Below, piece after piece: positions 42,141 through 56,212 of a stretch of DNA of 64,000 nt (positions are counted from its first letter, which is position 1; every line of letters begins with the position of its first letter). Source of the stretch: Eledone cirrhosa (lineage: Eukaryota); the NCBI GenBank assembly GCA_964016885.1, contig OZ024743.1, forward strand, positions 239,878,001 through 239,942,000. The letters run 5' to 3'. The notes beneath the pieces were generated by a model that saw nothing but the letters and a program-made list of their open reading frames with translations, was not told where the DNA came from and did not search any database. The position numbers and the translations under genes are program-made.

Positions 42141-42852
42141 TATACATATGCATACAGGTACACATACATATATGCACGTATCAGTTTAGCGGCGCTAACG
42201 TCGCTTTGTTCGTTTGTAAACAAACTGAACAGCCTGAATTTATGCCATACGGTGTTAAGGCAACCACGTCACCTTTTTGTTCAACACTGACACAGGAACG
42301 ATGTACTAGTTTCAAGCTTGTTAGCTATCATCAGCACCGTTTACCCATCTGCCAGATAGTTGAACGTTCGAAAGTATATACTTTCCTTATGAAAATTAAC
42401 GGCTGAGCAGCCTAATTTGCATATTGAGTGAGTTAAATCGGTTAGGTGACGTGGTTGCCTTAACACCGTATGGCATAAATTCAGGCTGTTCAGTTTGTTT
42501 ACAAACGAACAAAGCGACGTTAGCGCCGCTAAACTGATACGTGCATATATGTATGTGTACCTGTATGCATATGTATATATATGTGTATATATATATATAT
42601 ATATATGTATATGTGCATGCTACTGTACGTCTGTATACATATATGTATGTACGTATACATGCATACTTACATTTAAGTAAGTGCCATACTAAGAGTGAGA
42701 AATGAAATTTCGTTTTCATTTTGTTTTAATTTATCGTTTTCGGTATGCCTAACCGATTTAACTCACTCAATATGCAAATTAGGCTGCTCAGCCGTTAATT
42801 TTCATAAGGAAAGTATATACTTTCGAACGTTCAACTATCTGGCAGATGGGTA

Positions 42853-42897
42853 AACGGTGCTGATGATAGCTAACAAGCTTGAAACTAGTACATCGTT
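42853..42897 (+). ncRNA. Minimal type I hammerhead ribozyme in the inverted arm; predicted cleavage after 42890 (GUA)
   Basis: Stem I aacggtg/catcgtt (7 bp, one G-U), CTGATGA at 42860-42866, stem II agct/agct, GAAA at 42881-42884, palindromic CTAG, then TA. Confidence 0.9.
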
Positions 42898-43204
42898 CCT
42901 GTGTCAGTGTTGAACAAAAAGGTGACGTGGTTGCCTTAACACCGTATGGCATAAATTCAGGCTGTTCAGTTTGTTTACAAACGAACAAAGCGACGTTAGC
43001 GCCGCTAAACTGATACGTGCATATATGTATGTGTACCTGTATGCATATGTATATATATGTGTATATATATATATATATATATGTATATGTGCATGCTACT
43101 GTACGTCTGTATACATATATGTATGTACGTATACATGCATACTTACATTTAAGTAAGTGCCATACTAAGAGTGAGAAATGAAATTTCGTTTTCATTTTGT
43201 TTTA

Positions 43205-43246
<42 letters not shown>

Positions 43247-43284
43247 TATATACACATATACATATATGATATGTATATATATAT

Positions 43285-43491
43285 AGTTTTAATATAGATG
43301 AGATTCTACAGGACTAGAACTGTTTCATTCTTTAGAAATCATCAGGAATCTGCCCAGATTCCTGATGATTTCTAAAGAATGAAACAGTTCTAGTCCTGTA
43401 GAATCTCATCTATATTAAAACTGTTATACTCTGCTATGTATTGAGTAGCTTATTACTGAGGTTACCTCCCATTCAACCCGGAATAACTTAA

Positions 43492-43492
<1 letters not shown>
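43285..43492. mobile_element. Fold-back element, family D, with HHR-like core
   Basis: 43285-43352 is the perfect reverse complement of 43355-43422, and the right arm is extended by about 70 bp. CTGATGA-tttctaaagaat-GAAA-cagttc at 43362-43390; stem I pairing is unclear. Confidence 0.8.
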
Positions 43493-43524
<32 letters not shown>

Positions 43525-43684
43525 TATATAGATATATATATATATATATGTGTATATGTGTATGTATATATATGTATATATGTATATATGTATATATATA
43601 TATATATGTATATATATGTATATATATATACATACAAATACACACACACACACGTGTATGTATATATATATATACATGTATTTA

Positions 43685-43744
<60 letters not shown>

Positions 43745-43771
43745 CACATATATATATATATATATATACAC

Positions 43772-43860
<89 letters not shown>

Positions 43861-44107
43861 TGTGTGTGTGAGTGTGTGTGTGAGTGTGTGCGTATCCGTA
43901 TGTATGTGGATACAAAACACACGTTATTGAATTGAAAAAGATATGAAAGAAAATAAATTTGTCAGTTTGTAAATGTTGACCCCACTCACAGCCATCAATA
44001 AAGAAACATTTAGCATGAACCAGAGAAACATTGGCACCAAAGAATATTTTAATGGAGACACATTAGTTAGGCAAAGAATGGGAAGGGAGCAGTTGAGAGA
44101 GAGAGAG

Positions 44108-44240
<133 letters not shown>

Positions 44241-44321
44241 TAGAGATAGCGCGCGCGAGAGAGAGAGAGAAAGAAAATAAAAGCGAGAGAGAGATATATA
44301 TATAGGAAAATGTATGACCCC

Positions 44322-44476
44322 GACGGCAGAGCTCAAGCCGTTTCGACGGCTTTTTCTGGACTCAATCCAGATATAGTCGTCGAAACGGCTTGAGCTCTGC
44401 CGTCGGAGTCATACATTTTCCTATTATCCACTCTACTACCCTAAGTATTGAGTACTCTGGTGCGTTGTAGTCCACC

Positions 44477-44480
<4 letters not shown>
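44322..44480. mobile_element. Fold-back element, family B
   Basis: ATAGGAAAATGTATGACCCCGACGGCAGAGCTCAAGCCGTTTCGACGGCT and its inverse flank CTGGACTCAATCCAG. The right arm is extended. Confidence 0.8.
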
Positions 44481-44542
<62 letters not shown>

Positions 44543-45342
44543 CTGTTTTAGTGTCGATGCTGCCATGTTTTTTTATCGACCTCAAAATTATGAAAGGCGT
44601 ATTGACCATGGTGAGGGCGGAGGGCGCAGTGAGCCAGACCAAATAGAGGAAGGGGAGAGAGGTGAGAGTAGAGGATGGACCATACAGTAAGTGTGTGTAT
44701 GTAATGATAGAGAAGTGGTTGTAAGAAGCGTGAGAGAGAGAGGGAAAGGGAGAGAGTGGGAGAGTGAGAGGTGGCGAGAATGTGGTTGGGAGAGATATAG
44801 AGCAAAAGGGTGAAGTATGAGAGAAAGCATGTTAGGGAGATAGAGAGGCGTGGATGGGAGGAGAATGAGAAAGCGAGAGAAAGAGGGAAAGAGAGGTGTG
44901 GGGGGGGGGGTAGAAAGCGGCTGGGAGAGAAAGAGAGGAGGGAAGAGAGAGGGGGAAGAGAGTTTTAAGGGTAGAGATTAAGGAGGATATCAAGAGAGAG
45001 AGAGAAAAGGTGTGTGTGAAGTAGAGAAAGAGGGAAATAGTGTGAGGAGAGAGAGAGAGAGATAGTTGAGTGGTTAGGAGGATAAAGAAAGAAAAAGAGA
45101 GAGAGAGAGAGAGAGATGGGTGAGGAGTGGTTAGAAGGAGAGAGAGAAAGAGACAGAGAGAGGGAGAGAGAAAGAGAGAGAGAGAGACAGAGAGGAGTGG
45201 TTTTGATTAGAGAGAGAGAAAGAGAGAGTGTGGGGAGTGGTTAGGAGGAGAGAGAGAAGGAGAGAGATAGCGAGAAAGAGGGCGCAGTGGTTAGGAGGAA
45301 AGGGAGAAGGGGGGAGTGGTTAGGAGGAGCCGGAGAAAGAGA

Positions 45343-45381
<39 letters not shown>
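44480..45381 (+). repeat. Purine-rich (GA)n low-complexity region with a recurring GAGTGGTTAGGAGG motif
   Basis: Directly visible. The motif, exact or with one change, occurs near 45068, 45125, 45235, 45286 and 45314. Confidence 0.8.
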
Positions 45382-45384
<3 letters not shown>

Positions 45385-45555
45385 ATGATGAATATATGGC
45401 ATGTTGAATATGATAGAGCAGAGATCTAGTTATCACTTGATCTGTGTCACTACATGTATTGTAGCTAACCCTGAGTTAAATACCGCCATAACTGGCGACT
45501 ATCACGCAGATTTGATATTCAATTTGGGAATGGTTCCTCCGTTGCTTTCTAATAC

Positions 45556-45586
<31 letters not shown>

Positions 45587-45617
45587 CATACATACAAACA
45601 CACACACACACACACAC

Positions 45618-45654
<37 letters not shown>

Positions 45655-45815
45655 AGTATGTGTGTGTGTGTGTGTGTGTGTGTGCGCGTGTGTGCGTGCG
45701 TGTATGTGTGTGTATAGAAAGAAGGAGAGAGCGAGAATATATATATGTATGTATGTGTGTGTGTGAGTAAGTGTGAATGTTGTTTCTTTGAACTATATAT
45801 ATATAAACATATATA

Positions 45816-45897
<82 letters not shown>

Positions 45898-45898
45898 T

Positions 45899-45966
<68 letters not shown>

Positions 45967-46346
45967 TTTTTTTTTTTCATTTAGCTTAATTAGCGCGGAC
46001 ATCACCTTCCCGTGACGTTCAATGTATAAGAAATTCAAACTGAGTGTAATGAAAACAACAATGCGTGATGTGTTACAGTTATTGGCCATTCTAGGTCTAT
46101 ATAGTCTATGTGTAAAGTATGTAGAGGGCGTCACATTAACTGATATATAACTATACTCTATGAGAATGAACATGCTAATTAAGCATCTTTGCCACTGTTT
46201 CTAATTCTTTCTCTGTGTGCGGTTCCTCTGCGGAATTGAGAACGGAAACTGAGTAGAATCTTGTAATAAATGAATATTGTCCAGTCCACGTATCAAGTAT
46301 GATTTTGTCTCCTTGAAGTATCTACACATAAATACACACACACACA

Positions 46347-46416
<70 letters not shown>

Positions 46417-46419
<3 letters not shown>

Positions 46420-48550
46420 GGTAACAAATAATAGTTATATGCAGTCCACTTAGGTGTAGTCCAGTTATGGTACTCCGAGTAGTGGATGATATCAACGCTT
46501 GGCTAAGTTTGACTCAACAAGGCGTTTCCATAGTGATGCTGCGAGTACGCTGTAATTCCTATGTTGTAAACACTTGGAGCAGTAATAAATCAGGAAAGAA
46601 GTGTGACACGGTTTGCTATACAAAAAAGGTTTTTAATCTCATTGCTGACAATTGTTTCTCTGAACTGGTAGGTCTAGAGATCGCTATCCGCTTATTTCCG
46701 CGTTACTCGATCGCCAATACAAAGTTATAACCAGTCAGTTCATCGGAGCTTGCGAGAATGAAGAGAATATACAGGAATGAAGAGAATATACAGGCTACTA
46801 TATGTAGTAGTAATGACATTCAGTTGAAACAATAACAACAATATCAACAATGCTAGCAATAAATTATTTGAAATAATCACATCAATCTAGGTGGGAAGTA
46901 TAGTATATCTATGATTTTAGCGTGTAAAACTAGCTGACATGAGGCAGATGTATAAAATTGACATGTAAAAACTATCGTAGGGTGTATTATATCAAGTGTA
47001 AAGATAAGCTGGTGTTTTTAAACAATGTAGGTCAGGTGGCCGTAATAGTCGGTTTTTATCTGACCGATGAAGTATTTATCACTGTAGTGGAATTTGTGTG
47101 GTCTATATTAGATGAGAGGGCTGTCTATTTTTCTCATCCTCAATAACATGTATAAGACAACACTAACAAAGCTAAATAATGGGCAAGTTAATACAGAGGT
47201 GAAGGAGGTAATATATATATATATATATATACATATATATACACGCATACATGCACACAAACATATATACATACATACACACACACATACAAATACATAC
47301 ATACAAAGAGAAAACATGCTGACTATAATTATAGCACGAGGAAGGTAAAGTTCTGTTGTAGTAGTATTTTGAAATGTTCTTGGATTTAGGATCAAGTGAT
47401 GACAGCAGCTGAGAAGAGATAAGTTTATGGGTTGATGAGGTACTTACAGACATTAGTGTGGTATAGAACTAAGAAGGCTAGAATGTACTTAATGATTATA
47501 TTTCTGTGGTGATTCGTGCAGAGTAGTGGGTATCCTAGTTGAAAGCTAAGTTACGTCGGTTCGATTCATGGCGGTTTAAATCTTATGAATTTAGTGGCGA
47601 TCCTATGTCTGCAGAAGATAGATCTTTCTAGCTTGTTGTTAAGTAGCCTTTTTACATTTCAAAGGATATACAGTAGTTCTAGATCACATAGCCCACAGTG
47701 GGACATACCTGTACTGTAGGTTTTAGTAGCCGACAACCTCGACCAGGTGATACTGTAGCTAGTGTTGTTGTCCTTCAGTTTCCATATTTTTTTGGCGGGG
47801 GTTGTAGAACCCATAAGTGCACAATTTTTCATCGAGTGCCTGTGCACATACCATCTTTTTTTAAAAATACCCGCGGTGGATCCAATGTAATGCCAGGTGG
47901 AGTTGTCTGAGTTGACCGTACACATGTACACTAGGCTCAAATCGAGGCATCTATTCGCCAATGGGCACCTATCCGGTAGGTGACAGTTACAGTTTGAGGT
48001 GTTATTTCGTGCAGCTTCTACACTGCTGTTTAGTACTCTGCTATAAGCGGGTTGTGATTCATGCCCGTTGGGGTTTTGCTGCTGCGCGCTTGTATGTGCT
48101 TGCGGTTGTGATACTGTGATGTGTTTATGCTTATAATTTGGTGCCATGTTGCGCATAGGTGGGGCTGATTCCCTAGAGATATTTCTGTGGTTGATCTTGC
48201 GTATGTGCGATTCTATATTTGCTGCCGTAGAGTATGAGAGTTTTATAGTATTTCTATTGAGTATTTTATGATATCTATGTGAAATAGGGAAGTGTTTATC
48301 TATTAGTTTAAAGAATGTAGAAGGCAGTCTGGTTTTTACAGAGGAGTTGAAGATTGGATTGAACCATAGGTATTTTCTTTCTCTGATTCTTCTATTGCTT
48401 CTTGGGTTTACGTTATTAGTGTTTTGACCGTTCACTCTAGGTGCTACGTGCCTAACCCTATGTCTAGTCCAGTTACATCTATTTTTGCGTGAGCGGTTGG
48501 TATAGTTGGTATTAGGATTGTTTACGTTGTCTTTATTAGATATTATTGTC
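46417..48550 (-). mobile_element. 5'-truncated Penelope-like element 1 (linker, GIY-YIG endonuclease and 3' pLTR), Hydra-clade-like
   Basis: ORF 48435-47659: YLWFNPIF..RYHKILNRNTIKLSYS, CNCHLPDRCPLANRCL, LVY..YIGST..FKKRWYVH, CGLCDLE, then after one stop LLN..FCRHR. The 3' end runs into (TA)n. Confidence 0.85.
46638..46756 (-). ncRNA. Type I hammerhead motif with CCGATGA core and enlarged stem II, in the PLE1 3' repeat
   Basis: Minus strand: gct-CCGATGA-actgactggt..(about 60 nt)..accagttcaga-GAAA-caattg-TC-agc. Confidence 0.72.
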
Positions 48551-48657
48551 TTTATTAGATAAAATAATTTGCTATATTTTGTATATTATGGTGGGAAGAA
48601 ACAATTGACAGTAATTAAATGCCGAGGACTATTAATTTTTGGTTTGTAAGAAAATTG

Positions 48658-48780
<123 letters not shown>

Positions 48781-48797
48781 TATATATATATATATAT

Positions 48798-51001
48798 TGA
48801 CAGCTATTTCGCTTCAATAACCCCGGAACTGCTCAACAAAGCATTAACCCTAGCCAGCACCAACTCGGATATAATCAAGAATAAGATTGACATCATACTT
48901 ATGGCTAGGCAGACCATCATTGAATTCAACGGAGCACTCTGGACTATGAAAGACAGAACATACAACTTTGACATCACGATGGGCTCATGTGACTGCGCAA
49001 ATCACCGATTTAGTTGGAATTTACCTATTACATAACATCAGAGCCGATATCCAACCCTTACAAGGCGGAATATACAGGGACGACACCCTATTTGCAGTCC
49101 ACAATTGCACTAATCGGGGCATTGATTTGCTAAAAAAACAATTACATAGATTCTTTAAAAATAACGGTCTCTCTCTCACCATCGAGCCGAACCATAAAGT
49201 AGTAAACTTCCTAAACGTCACCCTGGATCTTAACAATAACCTATATTACCATTACAATAAACCAGGTGAAATACTTACATATATTAGACCACACTCTAAC
49301 CACCCACCGGCAGTCATCAAAGCAGTAATCAAATCTATCTCGTATAGGATCTCCATGCTATCAGCAAATAAGGAGATATTTATAAACCATGCACCATATT
49401 ATAATAAGGCTCTTTCTGAATCTGGTTATGAACAATCCATTTACTACATACCTAAATGCCATAACACAGCAATTCACCATAATAAACTTAACACTAGAAC
49501 TAGAAATACCTTAGCATATAGCCAGATTCCCCGGAATTTTAGCAGTTACAGCACATATGCAGGAAATTTTAATGGTGGCAGCGGCCTGCTCCCTACTCCA
49601 AGTAGCAAACTAAAAATCAACCCTAGAATAGGAATAAGAAATGGGATGACAAATAACAAATCCGCAGGTAATAATAACCATAGGAAGGCCCCTACCAACT
49701 CCACTAGAACCCCTAGAAGGTATAGGCCTAGAAATATCACCTGGCTTAACCCCCCATTCTCATCTAATCTAGCCACTAATATCCCTAAACGCTTCTTCTC
49801 TATCCTATCAAAACATTTCCCCCCAACCATAGATATTACAAACTCTTTAATAAAAATAACATTAAAATCTCATTCTCCACAACACCTAACCTAGCTAGCC
49901 ACATCGCATTCAGTAACCATCATAAACTAATAGTATAACTCCTACACCGCGGTACCACCACCCCTATCAAATACACCACGCTACTACACCAATACTTACT
50001 CTAGTAGCACACCTCCCCCATCTAATCCTTCTAACACTGACCAACCGCTTAGGTCAAACTACCCTACTCTCACTAACCGCAGAAGCAACTGCAACTGCCG
50101 TTACCCTAATGCATGCCCACTAAATGGACACTGCCTGACACCCAACATAGTCTACAGGTGCATGGTTAAAACTGTTTCGAATACCAGCTCCTATATCGGG
50201 TCTACCTCTAACCCTTTTAAGGTACGCTATAACGCGCACTCTTTTTCCTTCCGAGACCCTAGCTACAGATGTTCGACATCTCTAGCTAGGCTCATTAAAA
50301 ACCTTAAATTAACCAACATTGAACACTCACTAATATGGGATATCTTAGCTAGAGCCCAACCGTTCAATGGACGAAGAAAATCTTGTGATCTCTGTATTAC
50401 CGAAGCATATTACATAACTCTATCACGACCTCTACCGATTAACGATAGAACGGAGGTAACTATTAGCTGTCAACATCGAAGGGCTAATTCCTTCGCCAAC
50501 AGAATATTTGACCCAACATAGTCATCTAGCCCCATTTTTACTTGTAACTAATAAGTTAAATAGCTATAACTAACTTAGATAATTATAAGTTACCTCCCCT
50601 ACATTGTCTCTCAATTAAAAAATTAAAAAAATAGCACTTAACTATAAACTACCCACAATTTCTAATCTCTCGAGGAGTTACTTCCCTTGAAACCACCCTC
50701 TAATTAGTAAGGTAAATATGTCCATTCTTTCCTTATTTTAATTTATATTCCTTTAAAGTTCCGATGAGCCGCTCTGTCTTTAAATATGTTAATTATTTTC
50801 AACTGAAGCAGATCAATAATGATATATAGTCATTTGATCCAGAAATATTATATGGAGTAGCGAAACAATTGTAAACGGACATTATTATTATTAATATTAT
50901 TATTATTATTCTCTACATTCCTTACATCAAACTAAAATATGTTGACAATCTTTTAATAATGTCTTCCTTGTGAAATTTGTGGTCTTCTTTTGCTTAACTA
51001 A

Positions 51002-51005
<4 letters not shown>
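48798..51005 (+). mobile_element. 5'-truncated, frameshifted Penelope-like element 2 (RT, GIY-YIG and 3' pLTR), Hydra-clade-like
   Basis: IDSYFASITPELLNKAL, FDITMG, AQITDLVGIYLL, GGIYRDD, VNFLNVTLDL, SNHPP, ITWLNPPFS, CNCRYPNACPLNGHCL, IVY..YIGST.NPFKVRY, CDLCITE..IN..CQHR. (TA)n at both ends. Confidence 0.9.
50757..50876 (+). ncRNA. Type I hammerhead motif with CCGATGA core and enlarged stem II, in the PLE2 3' repeat
   Basis: gtt-CCGATGA(50761-50767)-gccgctctgt..(about 75 nt)..atggagtagc-GAAA(50862-50865)-caattg-TA-aac. Confidence 0.72.
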
Positions 51006-51078
<73 letters not shown>

Positions 51079-51339
51079 CGATAGTCGATGGACTTTCGTC
51101 AAATCGGACCGAGGAAACAATGTTTCATTGGCCTTTCCAATTGCTAATACTACCTATCGGTCGCAACTCCAGATAAAAGGAGCTTAGAGAAATAAAGTGT
51201 CTTGCTCAAGGACATAATGCATTGCCCGATCTGGGAATCGAACTCACAACCTCACGATTGCGAATCCAATTATGTAACCACTCAGCCACGCCGCGCCTGT
51301 GTATATAAAACCCCGCTCTCTCTTTTTCTACATACGCAC

Positions 51340-51748
<409 letters not shown>

Positions 51749-52266
51749 CTTTTCATTCGGAATGTGGAACGGAATTGATTTCCTTTGTTCACACTTTGAA
51801 TTTGCCCGCCAAAAACCGGGGGTTACTTCCCTTGTTGGAAATAAAACCTGACAGTGAAACCCTGAGGGCTGCCAACGATAGCAGTTCGGCGTTCCATTCC
51901 ACACCGGCTTGAGGCATAGAACGAAATTTCTGTTGATGACTTGAATCCTCTGTTAGATCATGGAATACCACATGCTTACATATAACGTAAGTTGGATGGA
52001 TGATTTCGATTTCATAGAAACCTATCAGACGTATTGCAAAATACCGTTCGATTTGTCCAGGTCAGTTGTCTAACCTGATTATTTTTTTCGTTGTTTTGCT
52101 ATTGTGTGGCTAGATCTGCCTGCCACAATTTTCAATTTGTCAAGATGTCTAAACGTATGTTATTACTCTAAGGCCTGCAACCTTATTGAGTGATTTGCTG
52201 CTCATTCCTACTTATAGGTCTTTAGCTTGGCCACAGCCAAAGCTTCGATTTTACCAAGCTTCCACT

Positions 52267-52303
<37 letters not shown>

Positions 52304-53477
52304 GACAATCCAAATGCAAGAAGCCAAGCGTGGCAGCGAAAGTGTCTTCAGAAATTTCCCTAAACTCCTTGAAACCATTTTCCATTCGAAGAGCTATTTT
52401 CCTTTAGATACTATTGGTGCACTTGGAAGAGTAGTCTTTTCATTAAAGCTTTCGAAAGTATGATGAATTCCAGAAGACTGCGATTGTGCGGGAACTGTCC
52501 ATGTCACCATCTTTTCCAATTTTTCTGTGCTTTCTATATGTCCAACCTGTTTCTCTTTCTATTGATATATATGGTACCGTGATGGCTAGTAATAAATCAT
52601 CATTAGAGGGTCGGACGCCAAGCTTTGCAGCATAGAGTTACGACCCTTTACGGTGTGAGTTCAAATCCCGCTGCGGTTAACTTAACTATATTTTAGCTTA
52701 ATTCCAAACAATTGCGCACTAACTGACAGGTACTTGCCATTTAACAGCTATGTAGACTATTCTATGTTGGATTAGTGTAAATGTGAACAAATATAAATTA
52801 AACTCATACCTACAACATTGCAATTGCTTTCGCAAAAGAATAAACTAAATGAAGAGAATTTTAAAGGGAGATAACTTATGTCAATTACAACAACATACAG
52901 TAGGAAACTAAGAGAATGCCGCATCTATGGGCTAAAATATCACATATTAACACATCTCTATAAACCCGCATTATATAAATACCGGCATATAATCGAATTC
53001 TATTTAAAAGTAACTGCAGCGTCTACAGCGGAACTAAGAGAATGCAACCTGCGATGTTGAAATAAATTACATATTAATGAGGCCTCAGTAATAACTAGAC
53101 AGGTGTTAATTACTCAATGTTAATATATAGGTACGTTCTATATCTAAAGGTCCCAGAAAGACACTGCAGCAATGAAAGAGTGAGAGAATGTTACCTGTGT
53201 TTGTGTGTGGCGGAAATGGACCACACAGTGCTATGAGACCTCCACAAGGAACAGGAGGTGGTTTCTAAAGCTGGACACTAAACAAGTTCTACCTCAAAAA
53301 AAAAAAAGAGAAAAAAAAAAGGAAAAAACAATTCTTATAACGGATTCATTAGATTTAGTTGTAGAACACACTACTAGCCATTAAGAGACAAGAACACACA
53401 CATGCATTAATAAACATACACCACACCAATATATACATACACACACACACACATGTATATAAATATATATATACATG

Positions 53478-53544
<67 letters not shown>

Positions 53545-53627
53545 TACATACATATATATGTATATACATAAATGTATATATATATATATGTATGTATGTA
53601 TATTTTAGTCTTCACATTTATTATTAT

Positions 53628-53695
<68 letters not shown>

Positions 53696-54036
53696 ATGCA
53701 TGCACGCAGGCAGTAATACAGACACGCAATATCAAGTACAAGAATAAACGTCTTATACAAAACCTCCACTACCCGGACATACGATCTGAGGCATACGCTC
53801 ACGCTAACACAACCAAACAACTACACACTCATGCACACAGACCACTACTATGACAACACATAATTATATACACATACAAGTACTCAGACTAAAAAAAAAT
53901 CAATAATCAATATGAACCTGTAGTAAATAAGGTAAAAAAAAATTAACATTAGGTATGACTTAAGTAACATAAAACAGTGTGTTTATATGGATATGTGTGT
54001 GTGTGTGTGAGAGAGAGAGTGAGAGAGAGAGAGAGT

Positions 54037-54067
<31 letters not shown>

Positions 54068-54885
54068 TGTGTGTGTAGTGTGTGTGTGTGTGTTTAAAAC
54101 CGTGTGTGTGTTTAAAACCTGGGTTCCTTAATATTATGTACCTGTCGTTTCCAGCAATGCAAATAAGAGGTGGAAATTATTATAATTAGGGTTGATTTAA
54201 GTCATTTTTGTGTGTGTGATGGGGGGGGGGGGGTTCAGGATTTCTGGAATTTATCAAGGGGCTTCTCTTATACGGACCTCTCTGTTTTACAGGAAATACA
54301 AGGAAAATTCGTCAAGACAGCCAGTAGCAGAGTTTGCGAAGTGCCTTCATAATGCTGGACTTAAATCCCTTAATCGGGCCCGGCTGTATTTGTAAATTTG
54401 ATAGTTTCCCGTTAACTCAGTTCCTTTATCCATTTAAACAGGTAGTTTTTTTCTCTGCCAGCTTAAGACCCGAAAGCAGTGTTATCATTTTAGTCGCTGC
54501 TGGCCCAACTATGAATCAGGCAATACTAGTTTACATCATTACCAATAGTGAGTCCCACCTTACCATATCTGATCTGACAGATATCAAGATTATCAAAACA
54601 GACTTCCCAATTTAATCTTACTCAAAGGGCTAAAAAGCGATAATTCCTTTTAAAGGATCCACATATGATTGTCCCCGAATAACTAAAGTAAAAATGATTT
54701 TAAACTTCGAATGTACACATTTTTCCGTTCCCAGAATATGAGCAAGGGCAGAACATATACATTAACATATAATTATAAACAGTCATTAAGGACATAAAGA
54801 AATTGAATGCCACGCTTATTTGTCTTGAAATATTTGGCAACATTTTGAAAGAATATTAGCTCCTTATATTGAGTATGGACACACA

Positions 54886-54916
<31 letters not shown>

Positions 54917-55287
54917 GCGCACATAGACACACATACATACACACAATATATATATATATATATATATGTACAATCTCGAGTTGTGTCAGGGTTGGGGTAA
55001 CCACAGTTAAAAAAGATACTCAATACATTGGTAGAGTATAGTCATCTTTATTATATATAGAAATTACTTCTGCAGGACTAGAACTGTCTCATTCATATGA
55101 AATCATCTTGAATGTGTACCTGATGAGCTAAAATCCTGTTGAGGTTAGCTTTGCCATTCACCCTTACCTGGTCGATAAAATAAAGTACCAGTAATGCACT
55201 GGGGTCGATTTAATCGACTTTCCCCTTTCCCAGAGTTGTTGGTCATGTGACTAAATCAGAAACTAATATAACACATACACACATATG

Positions 55288-55378
<91 letters not shown>

Positions 55379-56009
55379 TATAGACAGAAAGAGAGAGAGA
55401 GGTGGTAGAAGAGAAAGAAAGAAGAAAACTTTGCGTTCGCGAGAATGAGTACTCAGTACCATATTAGAGATTAATAATGTTTATTAAGACTTATCCAATG
55501 ACCTGGTATTTTGTAGATCCCTTGCGTCCTACAGGTTCCCTAGAAAATTAAAAACTGTGTATTGCGTGTATATCAACAACAACAATAAAAGTATAACCTG
55601 TGACTTACCCTACTAAAAATTGTATATGTAACTACGCCATCAAATCAATGCAGACGTTCCAAAACACCATAATTTTTTCTAACACATACACAAGGACATA
55701 CATTTTGTAGAAGGGCTAGTCGATTAAATCGAGCCCAAAACTTGATTGATACTTTATGTTATCGATACTGAAAGGATGATATGTAAAATTGACAGGTGGG
55801 ATTTGAGCTGATGACTTAAAGTACCGTAACAAATTATTGCATGACATTTTGTCTGACTAAGACCATAGACATGTTTGTATTCAATTGAATTTTTCAACAG
55901 TCCTCTTATGCATCCCTAATGAAAACTAAGAGGAAAATATTAATCATTTTTAATAACTAAAAACAAAATATAACTTCAATTCAGAGCATCAATTATATAG
56001 GTTTAAACG

Positions 56010-56212
56010 ATATATAATAGGATATGTCAATTGAGAAACAGCTACTAATTTGTACATATATAGAGAATAAATATTATGTAAGTAAAATTAAATACTTTAA
56101 GATGTTATAATATTGGAACACCTTGAATTATGTATTTAAATTTACATATTACTTGTTCTGCATATGTACAAAATTCTAGATGTTTCTCAATTGATGTATC
56201 CTGTTATTTATC
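56010..56212. repeat. Old, diverged inverted repeat (MITE or fold-back remnant)
   Basis: TAATAGGATATGTCAATTGAGAAACAGCTA..TTTGTACATAT versus ATATGTACAAAATTCTAGATGTTTCTCAATTGATGTATCCTGTTA. A third partial copy is at about 56576. Confidence 0.55.

Larger units (their letters stand above)
40141..43210. mobile_element. Tandem and inverted array of a 476-478-bp hammerhead-containing unit (retrozyme-like or non-autonomous Penelope-type element)
   Basis: Units start at 40141, 40617, 41093, 41569 and 42047. Orientation flips at a shared AGG (42444-42446), then 1.6 inverted units run to 43210. Copies differ only in the length of an internal (TA)n, as far as I can see. (TA)n on both flanks. Confidence 0.93.

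Noticed and set aside
40567-43195. Repeated 135-aa ORF MKTKFHFSLL... in the 476-bp array as a tandem gene family
   Set aside because: It crosses a (TA)n tract whose 2-bp length change shifts the frame in two copies, has no recognisable domain, and is antisense to the HHR strand.
45060-45330. TTAGG-containing motifs as interstitial telomeric repeats
   Set aside because: They are dispersed within GA-rich low-complexity DNA, not tandem TTAGGG or TTAGG.
47659-47661. In-frame TGA in the PLE1 endonuclease as selenocysteine (as in some Naiad PLEs)
   Set aside because: It aligns to a non-Cys position in PLE2 and PLE3, the conserved Cys codons are ordinary, and the domain order is RT-EN. Simple nonsense decay is more likely.
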